From NCBI GenBank assembly GCA_010909165.1, contig MU008205.1:310001-374000 (forward strand): a DNA stretch of 64,000 nt, in the 5' to 3' direction. The notes below the pieces were generated by a model that was given only the letters and a program-made list of their open reading frames with translations, was not told the DNA's origin and did no database searches. Numbering within the stretch: position 1 is the first letter of the stretch; every line of letters begins with the position of its first letter. This stretch comes from Anthoceros angustus (lineage: Eukaryota; Plantae; Anthocerotophyta). Shown here piece after piece: positions 12,270 to 23,769 of the stretch. Both the position numbers and the translations under genes were made by a program.

Positions 12270-13290
12270 TTAAAGATCAAAATGGAGTCTTTTCTCGAAC
12301 TCAGCTACTTCCTCATTCAGAGCAGCCCTCGTCACAGGGTCCAGGCCATTCTCATAGAGGTCGCTCTCCTCACCGCCATCATGTAAGCAATTGCTTGCCT
12401 AACTTCAGCCTCATCCACCTTAAGACCATGTGCTTGCGCGTGAAGAATTTGTAGAACAAATTGGATCCGAGGAACGTCGAAGGAGCTGGGCAGCATCCAT
12501 ATCATCGGCGGATCGAGCCCGTGCGAGATCCGGCAGATGCACCGGACCGGACCCTTGATCGTGGGTGGAATCAGCTTGGCCTTCCGCTTAGCTTGCTTCC
12601 CACGGCGGCCCTGGCTTCCCGACTTGGAGCGGTCAGATGACCTGCTGCACCCAGCGCTGGTGCCCTCGACGTACGCAGCCAAGGCATCCACGTCCCGCTC
12701 ATCCACACCTTGCATGGTCTTCAGTGTTCGCGACAACCAGCTGTTGTAGAGGAGGATCGCGGTGCTCACCGTCAGGTTCGGGAAGGGCAACCACACCTCC
12801 TTCTCGCTGGCAGGCGCCGGCAGGCCCAGCTCTAGCCTCATCTCCTGGGGCGAAGTCGTATCCCTCTCGAAAGCATTCCAGGCCTCGGCTGCTTGGTTTG
12901 AGAGGTCCTTGATCTTGAGCAACTCGGCAGTGATAGCCACTTCGCGGAGCTGCCTCCTCGGATGGTTTGGAGCGAGGTCCGGATGTTCTCCACCGGTCCT
13001 CCTTTCTGTTACGCAAGGAAGCGAATGCGCTACCACCACCTTGACTGCTGCAAGGCTAGCAAACCCGGCCGGCAGGTGCCGAGGAGGAAGTATGTTGGCA
13101 AGTTCCAGAGTGTTGTGGAATGGGCCCAGACGGCGTAGAACGCCCTCCGCCACACTCCTTGGCACCACAAACGTGCATACCTCCTCCTCTCCTTCTTTGG
13201 ACATCCTCAAGTACTGCTGCTCAGCGCCTTCCCGAGCCCCTCCAATACCTCCTTCGCACTCCTCATCTTGGACCTCTCTTTACAAGCCAT
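12270..13290 (-). CDS. Divergent intronless type-II SKP1-like paralog b, copy A (several frameshifts; gene or pseudogene)
   Basis: MACKERSKMRSAKEV start. Then FVVPRSVAEGVLRRLGPFHNTLELA, LREVAITAELLKIKDLSNQAAEAWNAFERDTTSPQEMRLELGLPAPASEKEVWLP and DERDVDALAAYVEG. The shifted-frame C-terminus LDPVTRAALNEEVAEFEKRLHFDL* parallels ASK21 IDPALKELLDREVEDFARRL as recalled. Confidence 0.75.
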
Positions 13291-13623
13291 GGTCACGCCT
13301 TAAGCAAACGGACGCAAGGCGGACAGGAATCGCCGGAGCGCGACACCGAGATTGTCGGAAACGACACCACAAGTTGGGAGGATGGGAAGATCTTTTAAAC
13401 TCCCACTCCATAAATATATGAACCTCTAGGGAGACCTCCCTCCCGCGACTATTTATTGAGGACTTTGACCTAAGCCTCTTTCACAATGTTTTTTTACCGT
13501 TATTTTTATTTTTTTTACTTCTACGTATGTTATACAAACATAGGTCTCGTTGCTTACAAAGAAGACCCTAGGTCGGTAATGGCTTGGACCCGGCCGAGTC
13601 CCCACCCCAGCACACGAACATAC

Positions 13624-14515
13624 CATGCACTCCGAAATCCTTCCCGCTGATGATAAGTCGAGCGTACACAATGGCATGCGTTGCTGACTTGCCAAGCCCT
13701 CCTGGCCACCACTGCCCACCAGACCAAAGAAGCAACCGTTAACCCACCTCTGGATTGGCCTAACCACTGACACCCCAGGCAAGCACAAAAAGCAAATCCC
13801 GACCTTGTAAGCTGTAAAGGTGGGAGTGTGCAACACGAACTCATCCGTGGACAAATCGAAGGTGGCAGTCGTCTCCAGGCCCTGCACATTGGAGCCATGC
13901 CCCAGCTCTGTCTGGGCATAACAGCCTATAATTGCCATCTTGTAGGCAAGCGGGATCCACTTGCGCTGCTGCTCCTCCGTGGCCTGGCCCTTGATGGCTG
14001 GAATGAACATGCCCTGCGCGGCCAGGACGAGAATGAGCGACAGCAGCCCACCATGGTGGGTGGGTGGGTGCTGAGGAGCAGCCTTTTCAATTCTTACCCA
14101 ATGGAGATCCGTGTAAGCCGGCTGATCCAATTGCGAGCGCAGCTTGAATGACTCCTCCTCTGCAACAAGACGGGCAAGCCCAAGAAATTCTCAGCCCAAT
14201 ACGAGCCAATCCAAGCTCGAAGCCAAGCCAAGCCTTGCCTTGCTTGGTGCTGGTGGGTGGTCTTGGGTATTATCACCCACCTGAGAGCTGCTTCTCCAGA
14301 ATGATGGTCCATACATGCTTGGCCTTGCGCAGCGTGTCATCATAGAGGGCCTTGCGGTCCAGCGAGACCCGGGCCGACTTGTCGAGGACGGGATCGGCTG
14401 CCACCAAATCCGCCATGCGCTGGTCCAGCCGCAGGGCCTCCTCCCCGCCGGCCAGCAGCACCTTCATGGCGTGCACATCGAAGCGCGCGTTGCGCCGCTC
14501 CGCCTCCAGCGCCAT
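13624..14515 (-). pseudogene. ACX1: 5' fragment of peroxisomal acyl-CoA oxidase ACX1: exons 14515-14281, 14159-14098, 14013-13804, 13711-13624; rest of gene absent
   Basis: The spliced product reads MALEAERRNARFDVHAMK...QPAYTDLHW|[19 protein letters not shown]...[26 protein letters not shown]...AYK|[26 protein letters not shown]. All introns are GT-AG and the 198 codons are open. No further ACX exons appear downstream. Confidence 0.9.
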
Positions 14516-14757
14516 GGCCTTCTAACGCTGCTGCTGCTGCTGTTTGTGGGACAAGGAGCCGGAGAGGAGGAGCAAGGAAGGCGAATTTATGTGAGGCCCG
14601 GACACACCCTTTTGTGGGCGATTGTGAGAATGTGGGTTTTGGCAGGTAGCCAAGTGGCATCTGTGATCGGTTTCCGGAACCACCAACCAAACGCAAAGCA
14701 GAGAAGCAGGAAGTGGAAGGGCAGGAGACCTGGTCGGCAGTGGGCAAGGCAGGGGCT
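14516..14757. promoter_or_regulatory. Short divergent intergenic region (242 bp ATG-to-ATG) between ACX1 and OR23; probable bidirectional promoter
   Basis: Head-to-head ATGs at 14515 (-) and 14758 (+). Confidence 0.55.
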
Positions 14758-16011
14758 ATGTCGTCGGCGGACGGGAAGCTCCTGCCGGGCCTGCCGGACG
14801 ACCTCGCCTGCCTGTGCCTGGCCGGGGTCCCGCTGGCAGCAGGCGCGGCTCAAGGGCGTGTCCAAGGCGTGGCGGGAATGTCTGAGCGCGCGCTTCCTGC
14901 TGGAAGTGCGCGCCCGGACCGGAAGCAGGAGGAGTTCCTTTGCGTGTTCCGGGACGCTCTAGCGCAGGGTGAGCTGTGGGATCCCAGAGCCAGGCTATGG
15001 CGCTCCTGCCGCCCATGCCCTGCGACCCATACAGCTACGGGCTCACCAACTTCGAGTGCGTGGCCGTGGGGTCGGCGCTGCTGGTGATCGGGGAGCCCGC
15101 TTCGACGCGCGCTCCTACCTGATGGAGCGGCCTCTGGCCTCCGCCGCCTGTTTCCGCCTCGACACGCTCACGCGTTGGCAGCGGGTAGCGGACATGCCCA
15201 CCCCGAGGGGATCCTTCGCCTGCGCCGCCGCCCAGGACCAGCAGTCCGTGCTGGTGGCGGGCGGAGGATCGCCATGCGCAGTTTGCGGCGGCGGATCCCG
15301 CACCACCGCAGTCGAGAGGTACCTGGTGCGGGAGGATCGCTGGCAGCGGCTCTCCGGGCTCAGCCGCATCCGGGCCGGGTGCTCGGGATTCTTCCTCCGA
15401 GGCCGCTTCTACGTCATGGGCGGGTACGGGGACTCCAAGACCATCGCCGGGGTGCTGCCCGTGGACGAGTTCTACTCCGATGGCGAGGTGCTGGATCCCG
15501 GGACCGGGACCTGGACGCCCCTGGAGCCCATGTGGGAGGAGGGCGAGAGAACGCGGTTGGGGAAGCTTGCCCTGCTCCGGGACCAGCTCTACATGCTGGA
15601 CGGTGCGGCCATCTTCAGGTTCCATCCCTTCCTGATGCTGCACCGATGCCATTTGCACTCCGCCCACCACCCAATTCGATTCCTGTGCTGACCCCATCTT
15701 TTCCTCTTCTTCTTGGCACGCAGGTACGATGTGGACGACAACAGATGGTTCTTGAGTCCAGGCTGCCCGACAGCATGCTGCTAGCGGACGGAGTCGGAGG
15801 CTGGTGGCCTTGGATGGGGAGCTGTATGTCATCCCGGGAGCGCGCCCATGTACAGGGAAGGGGCCGGCAGGAAGAAGGGGTGATGGTGTTTCAGGTTTAC
15901 GATCCCAGGAGCCGGAGCTGGAGGATGGTGCCTACCAGAAGGCCTCTGGCGCATTCGCAGGGCACCAACAGCAGCGCGCCCTTGGGAGCCATGTGCGCCA
16001 TTCGACTCTGA
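14758..16011 (+). CDS. OR23: F-box/kelch-repeat protein OR23-like, copy B; intron 15619-15723; several apparent indel frameshifts
   Basis: Near-identical to 46-1307; ends MCAIRL* at 16011. Confidence 0.88.
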
Positions 16012-16319
16012 CCTAACCCACCACCTGTTTCTGCTTCTTCACCGCAACTACTGCTCTCGTTCTTGCTGCTTGCACTAGGGACCACATTGCCAGTCTCCAT
16101 ATGCGGCGGGCATGGATTGGGCATGCTGGATGTGGTGTGTGTGTATGTTCTGTGGCCTCCTTCCTCCTCCTGCTTTGTACATAGGTGTGACCGATATTAG
16201 TTTCTGGCAGCAGGCTAGCTATTGCTACCGCTTCCCAAGAATGACTCTTGCCATGTTGTACATTATAGCCGCCTTCATCTCAACCTGTCTCCAAACTTTG
16301 GACGGAAAACAAATGTGGC

Positions 16320-19150
16320 TTGTGCTTGTGTTCCACATCAACCTATATCTCCGAGCTCTGGAGGGAAAACAAGGAGGCTGTGCTTGTGTGGAACTCAAAG
16401 TGGTGCCTGTGTGGAACCCAAACTCTGGAGGGAAATGAAAGGAGGCTGTGCTTGTGTGGAACCCAAACTCTGGAGGGAAAAGGAAGGGGCTGTGCTTGTG
16501 TTCCACATCGACCTGTATCTCCGAAATCTGGAGGGAAAACAAAGATGCTGTGCTTGTGTTTCACACACAGCCTTGACAACGCCTACGGTCTACTGTCTAC
16601 AATTGGCTCTGCACCTCTGGTGTCTCTTTGCAACAAAATGTATCCAATTCCAGCTCGAATCCTATGGATGCCATTCGATAACATGACTCCGAGCTCGACC
16701 GGTGGGTCGAACAAATTCTTCGCTATTCCCTTTCCCGACAAGGACTTGACACATCTGCCATGCATCTGCCCGCACTCAAACAGTGGCAGACAGACCGTGT
16801 GGGTAACAGGTCCTTGTTTGACAGTCTGGTGGAAGTCTTATTATTAGCCAGTGACTGGGCCGGGCCTCAGTTGGATGGGAACAGAACCCTACTGACAAGA
16901 ACACCAAATGTACCATAGTGATGTCAGCCTGTTCCGCATCAACAGGACAGGCTCACGCCTGTGAAACCGCCTATGACATATGTATGTAGAAATCGCGTAT
17001 GCCGCATATGTATGTATATATGTCCGTCTACGGGTGCGAGTAATCACACGAGTCCCGAGGACGGGAGATGTTTGCAAGGTGCAAGTGAGCCGCGGGCCGC
17101 AGTTGCCATCTTGTTTGCACATTTGGCCCCTCGCTCTCCCAAAATGGACACATATTTATAAAAAAGAAGGTCGCTCTTAAGCATCCTGCGCTTAGATCCG
17201 TACTTGCATGGGGCGCCTGAAAGGGAGTGGAAGTAGCTTAGGCACACCAGGGTTCAAGTTGTGAAGTACCAAGTCCCAGAACTGAAATTCCGTCCAAGTG
17301 GAATTCTTATTTCCTTCTTCTAACGCGGCTCGATGGATTTGGTCCCCGGATCCATACATGGTGTATGCACCTGCGTACAGCATGAGTGTAGAATGGATAC
17401 AAACGCCTACTCGACGCGTAATTTCTACGTAGGACACCCAGCGGCCTTGCCACTTTCTGCCCACATGTACATACTTGCTCGGCAACAGAATCTGTGGGCG
17501 GCGGATCACTCACAAATTTCTGCGCGCAGCCAGCGAGTCCCGGTCTCCCAAGCACCATCGACATCTGTAGGAGATGCATCCGCTGGGCACCTCGAGCGCG
17601 CTCCTCTACAGTCTACACTCCATGGCCAGCGCTTACCCTCAGTATGTACGCTGCAGGTCACGATGGAATCATTCGTTGTCTCTGAAAATTTTCAGGGCAT
17701 GCCCACCCGATTGTGTGCAATGCACATTAACATTGTGCTTGTGTTCCACATCAACCTATATCTCCGAGCTCTGGAGGGAAAACAAGGAGGCTGTGCTTGT
17801 GTGGAACTCAAAGTGGTGCCTGTGTGGAACCCAAACTCTGGAGGAAATGAAAGGAGGCTGTGCTTGTGTGGAACCCAAACTCTGGAGAGAAAAGGAAGGG
17901 GCTGTGCTTGTGTTCCACATCGACCTGTATCTCCGAAATCTGGAGGGAAACAAAGATGCTGTGCTTGTGTTTCACACACAGCCTTGACAACGCCTACGGT
18001 CTACTGTCTACAATTGGCTCTGCACCTCTGGTGTCTCTTTGCAACCAAATGTATCCAATTCCAGCTCGAATCCTATGGATGCCATTCGATAACATGACTC
18101 CGAGCTCGACCGGTGGGTCGAACAAATTCTTCGCTATTCCCTTTCCCGACAAGGACTTGACACATCTGCCATGCATCTGCCCGCACTCAAACAGTGGCAG
18201 ACAGACCGTGTGGGTAACAGGTCCTTGTTTGACAGTCTGGTGGAAGTCTTATTATTAGCCAGTGACTGGGCCGGGCCTCGGTTGGATGGGAACAGAACCC
18301 TACTGACAAGAACACCAAATGTACCATAGTGATGTCAGCCTGTTCCGCATCAACAGGACAGGCTCACGCCTGTGAAACCGCCTATGACATATGTAGAAAT
18401 CGCGTATGCCGCATATGTATGTATATATGTCCGTCTACGGGTGCGAGTAATCACACGACTTCCGAGGAGAGGAGATATTTGCAAGGTGCAAGTGAGCCGC
18501 GAGCCGCAGTTGCCATCCTCTTTTGCACATTTGGCCCTCGCGCTCGCAGGCTCGCACCTTCTAGGCCAAAATGGACACATACTTATAATAAGAAGGCCGC
18601 TGTTAAGCATCCGTCGCTTAGATCCGTACTTGGCATGGGGCGCCTGAAAGGGAGTGGAAGTAGCTTAGGCACACCAGGGTGCAAGTTGTCAAGTACCAAG
18701 TCCCATAACTGAAATTCCGTCCAAGTGGAATTCTTATTTCTTCTAACGCGGCTCGATGGATTTGGTCCCCGGATCCATACATGGTGCACCTGCGTACAGC
18801 ATGAGTGTAGAATGGATACAAACGCCTACTCGACGCGTAATTTCTACGTAGGACACCCAGCGGCCTTGCCACTTTCTGCCCACATGTACATACTTGCTCG
18901 GCAACAGAATCTGTGGGCGGCGGATCACTCACAAATTTCTGCGCGCAGCCAGCGAGTCCCGGTCTCCCAAGCACCATCGACATCTGTAGGAGATGCATCC
19001 GCTGGGCACCTCGAGCGCGCTCCTCTACAGTCTACACTCCATGGCCAGCGCTTACCCTCAGTATGTACGCTGCAGGTCACGATGGAATCATTCGTTGTCT
19101 CTGAAAATTTTCAGGGCATGCCCACCGATTGTGTGCAATGCACATTAACA
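16320..19150. repeat. Direct tandem duplication of about 1.41 kb (16320-17732 / 17733-19150) within unit B, including the OR23-downstream minisatellite
   Basis: At 17733, cacattaacattgt continues into gcttgtgttccacatcaacc instead of acttgaag. Unit A has only one copy. Confidence 0.9.
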
Positions 19151-19989
19151 TTGTACTTGAAGAGGTCTCGACATAAAGACGTTGAAGTGACAAAGCGGAG
19201 AGACGTCCGCGATCGCGAACCAGCTTCCTTCATGCATCTGCCTGAAGTCGGGTCCTTCAGCTTGGACTTTCACACGGGCTGGGCAGGGAGTAAATTATAG
19301 CCAAGGAACGGGCGATACGAGCCGCATTCACGTACGGTATTGCCAGCTGGTGAGTGATCACTTGTCAGGAGACAGCAAAGCGAATTCCACGTCATATGTA
19401 TGCTACAACCTCGGGGCATCGGCAGGCGGCAGCTGTAGCCAGGGACAAAGCTAGAAGACTGCAGTCTCAAAGCACGGCCATGTCAAGACAAGGCAAGGGT
19501 AGGTTCAATGAGCTCTCGCTCCAAGCTGGCACCCCAAAGCTGTGCGCGATTGCTCGCTGCATTGCTAACATAAGTGCAGACCCATGACCATTGCTCTAGC
19601 CTGTACATGTACGGCCGATCGCATTCCAGTGGTGTGGTCAGCACTTGCTTCAATGTATGGCAACAAAACCCTAAACAGATATATGCAGAGCTTGAGCTCA
19701 TGAGGTTCTCTACAGCTTCTCTTGCTGAAATTCTCTCTGGACAGCGGTTAGTGCAACATCAAATCTGTGAAACACATTGGTACCACAGCTGATAAATGTA
19801 CAGGACCAGGGAATACATATCTCGGCCATGGCACAAACACTTCGAGACATGGACAAGTCGTCACCTAGGGATCTTGCACTAGGGTCATACATCATTTGTA
19901 ATGTAATGTAAGACATAACTGCCACATACATTTGTAATGGAAACTGCACGTGCTGCACGGTGGCTACATATGGCCAGCCACCTAGCTGC

Positions 19990-21065
19990 TCAAAAACAAG
20001 AGGCATTGCAGGGTAGGGCAGGATACACAGCAGCTGGATTAAGCTGACGCAGTTTTCCTTGCACTCCTCTAATTCCTTTCCAGGACATCCAGCTCGATCT
20101 CTTCGAGGTCCTCCTCATCAGCACCAGCCATGGTGCACGCACTTGTTTCTCGAGCGGCAGCCTCCTCCTCTAGCTCATCAGCAGCAGGCCTTATGGAACC
20201 AACTGCTCGTCGAGCGCCAGCCTCATCGACCTCGCACTCACCACAACCTTGCCGCTGGGGAAGAACTTGTAGCAGATCTGCTGGGTACAGAGGACCGTGT
20301 CTGCCGTTGGACTCTTGGCTGCGGATGTCATTCTGCTGGGATTGATTCCTTCGGCGGACCCGGCGTCTCTGCTTCGCAGCTGACTTGCTGCACTCTCCCT
20401 TCTCAGCTGCGGGAGCGCTGGTGCCCTCCACGTACGCAACCAAGGCATCCACGTCCCGCTCATCGTTCACACCTTGCATGGCCATCACCCTCTCCGACAG
20501 CCACTCGTTGTAGTCCATGATGGTCTGTGCCGCCTGTGGGTTCTCGAGGGGCAACCAAGCTTCCTCCTCGGTCGCAGGAGCCGGCAGGTTCAACTCCTCC
20601 CTGATCTCCTGGGGTGAGCACCGCCTCCAAAAATCGTTCCCGGCCTCGGTTGCTTGGTAAACGAGCTCCCGGAGGTTAAGAAGCTCAGCCGCAACAGCTA
20701 CCTGGAGTAGTTGGATCCCCTTGACCGATTGGCAGAATCTGCGGACGTTGGCCTGCCGCTCGAGCTCCCTTCTGTTACCTGCGTAGGAGGAGCAATACCA
20801 CATCACCCCGCGGAGTGCAGCCAGGAAGTCAATCTGGCCGGCAGCTGCGTTGGAGGAAGACTTTGGGCAAGGGGCAGAGTCTCGTGGAAGGGGCCGAGAG
20901 GTCGCAGGACGCCGTCCGCGGCACTCCTTGGCACCGTAAACACGCCTTTCTGCCCCAGCTCTCGGATCCGGATTGGATGCAGTGCAACCTGACGAACCGC
21001 ACCTCAAGGAGTTCCGCCTCCACTACCAGCTCCTTGGCACTCCCACTCTTGGCCCACCAAGCCAT
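19990..21065 (-). CDS. Type-II SKP1-like paralog a, copy B
   Basis: Near-identical to 3894-4971. MAWWAKSGSAKELVVE start; intact core YCSSYAGN...CSPQEIREELNLP...DERDVDALVAYVEG. Confidence 0.8.
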
Positions 21066-21707
21066 TGGCTGCTTAGGCTTTTAAGACACACCAACCTGAT
21101 GGAGATAAGCAAACACAATCGAGGCCTTAGCCTCCACCTCCCAAGCAAGATGCCAAGCCCTCGTCTGGACGTCGTTCCCTCGTCTTCGTGCTTCCCTGTC
21201 GAGACGAGAGCAGCTTGACGAATGCGGGCCCTTAAAACTCTAACACCACCTTAAGCTTGTTCTAGAATGAAAGATAGGATTGCTGGCTATGCAAGGGCAC
21301 CCGTGTATGTGTAGGCTTAGGCTTAAGTTGAGGATGTTTGAGTTCCCCTAAAATTAATCTACTTCATATTATCTCCTTAGCTACTGAGGTTAATATTCTA
21401 TACTCACACTCAGTGCTTGATAGAGCTATAGTAGGTTATTTTCTTATTTGTTCAAGATATATGAGTTCCTCCCAAAAATAATACATAATATGGATTTGCG
21501 AGTATCGAGATCACCAACATAGTTAACATCAGCATAAGCTGTTAATGTTAATTTTTCTATGTCGGGTATATACTTGAACATCAGTCTTGTCTACATAGTC
21601 CCCTTCAAATATGTAACATGTGCTTAATTGATGTTCAATGCTCACGTCCAGGGTTCTCCAAGAATTGTGAGCAGGAGCTAACTTCAAAAGCAATATCTGA
21701 TCTAGTA

Positions 21708-22425
21708 TATAATCCACTCCCCTAATTTGGGATTGGTTCGGAGTGCCTTTAGAAGTCCCATTAAGGGAGGTGTCCCGATTGAATTTTTTCCCATTTAAAA
21801 ATAAAAATATGATAAATTCAAAAAATAAAAAATACTCGAAAAAAGGAAAATTCAAATTTTGATTGATAGGTTTCACTAAAAATAACTTTTACCACTTCTC
21901 TACATAGTTGCTTGAAAACTAGCACTCTTTTAAAACAACATTAAAAAATCTCTACCTATCATAAAGGAAAAAGCTTAGCTTAGGAGTCTTCAATCACACC
22001 TAAAAGTCTATTGTGTTATGAAATAATTGACAATACTCCTTTGCACCCGCCATACTTTGAGATGATGACTAATCAGTGTTTCCGAAAGGCATTAAGCAAC
22101 GCCATAGAGTCTGATTGGTAGTATCTCAAGCATTATAACTTATTCTCGATTGTCATGTGCTTATATTATATTGATAGAATACGAAGTCTATTCGATACCT
22201 ATTTTATACCTATTCGATTCCTTTTTCTTTTTTTTAATTTTTTTAGTAAAAAATAAAAAATCCCATTTAGGGAGGTGAAACTAATATGAATGTATGTTTC
22301 AAAAGGTCCCAATTTAGGGAAAAGTCTCGTTTTTTACACTGTAAACTAAAGGGAGTAGGATCGGAGGTCCCATTTGGAGAGGAATCGCATTTATAGAGTT
22401 CTCATTTCGGGGGGTGCCGACTGTA
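21708..22425. mobile_element. Putative MITE-like element, copy B
   Basis: Duplicate of 5608-6329. Confidence 0.35.
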
Positions 22426-22426
22426 G

Positions 22427-23290
22427 TTACCTAAATATATAAGAGTGCCAATAGTATATAAGAGTGCCAATAGTATATAAGAGTGCCAATAGCATGTCGA
22501 TATGGGCGTGTATTGGGACTCATGTCGAGGTAAGCTTAACACCACTAGCAAAAGGTGTAGGTGCTAACAGCTCTCAAGACCAAACTTAGCTAAACATTCC
22601 TTATTATACTTAGTTTGTAAAATACTTAAAGTCTTATCACCACGATTTCTAATGATATTAACCCATAACGCATATGTCATCTCTCCTAAAACAGACATTT
22701 CATAAAAAGTCCTTAACCACACCTTTGTTTCTGCTAGGAGAGTAGGCGATGATGTGGCCATAAAAACATCATCAACGTAAAGTAGGAGATGAAATATATT
22801 TTTACCAGATATCAGAATGTAAAAACAAGCGTCGACCTTACTTTGCGTAAATCACATCACAAGTTGTACATCAATAGTTAAGTTCCGACAAGTTGTACAT
22901 CAATAGTTAAGTTCCGACAAGTTGTACATGAATAGTTAAGTTTCAATTCTTGCCTGATTGCTCGAGGCCATGTAGGCCTTGAATGAGTCGGCATACCCAA
23001 CCCTCTTTGCCTTTAACTTCGTAACCCTCATGTTGTCTCATGTATATTTGTTCTTTCAAATACCTATATAAATATGCTGTCTTTATATCCGTCGTGTGGA
23101 GTTCAAGATCATGTCTTTATATCCATCATGTGGAGTTCAAGATCATGTCTTTATATCTATCATTGTGAAGTTCAAGATCATGTCTTTATATCCATCATGT
23201 GGAGTTCAAGATCATGTCTTTATATCCATCATGTGGAGGTCAAGATCATGTCTTGATATCCATCATGTGGAGTTCAAGATCATGTTGGGA
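22427..23290 (-). mobile_element. Dead copia RT fragment, copy B (single copy, with the same 19/29/34-bp repeats)
   Basis: Duplicate of 6331-7835 without the 644-bp internal duplication. Confidence 0.85.
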
Positions 23291-23769
23291 TGACAAGGTA
23301 AATATTATTCTATAGTGACAAATTTGGCTACAAAGGCTTATGTAGCCCAAGGTATGTAATCCAAACCGAGAATTTGGGTAAAGACTGGCTACTAGTCGTA
23401 CTTTATATCTCTCAATAGAACTATTCTTTTTTCTTAATCTTAAATACCCATTTGCTGGTAATTATCTTCCTTCGATTAGGTGGTTTGATCAATTCTCATG
23501 TAGAATTATTAACTAAAGAATTATATTCAGAATAATCTATATCTACCTTTCATAAGTCTTTTTAGGAGAAGAGAAAACTTGTTTTAAGATAAATGGTTCT
23601 TCTAGGTCAAGAGTAGCAATATATACAACTTGTACATAAATAGATAAAGGAGAGAGATGATCATCCAAATGACGATACAAAACGAGGTTCCTTCCAACCT
23701 CCAAGGCTAAGAATGGCGGGGCGTGACCGAGGTTGTACCTAGACTTGTAGGAAACTCCATCCGGACATC

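Noticed and set aside
13453-14130. 225-aa ORF as an acyl-CoA oxidase protein
   Set aside because: It is a read-through of ACX1 introns; the exon structure was resolved separately.
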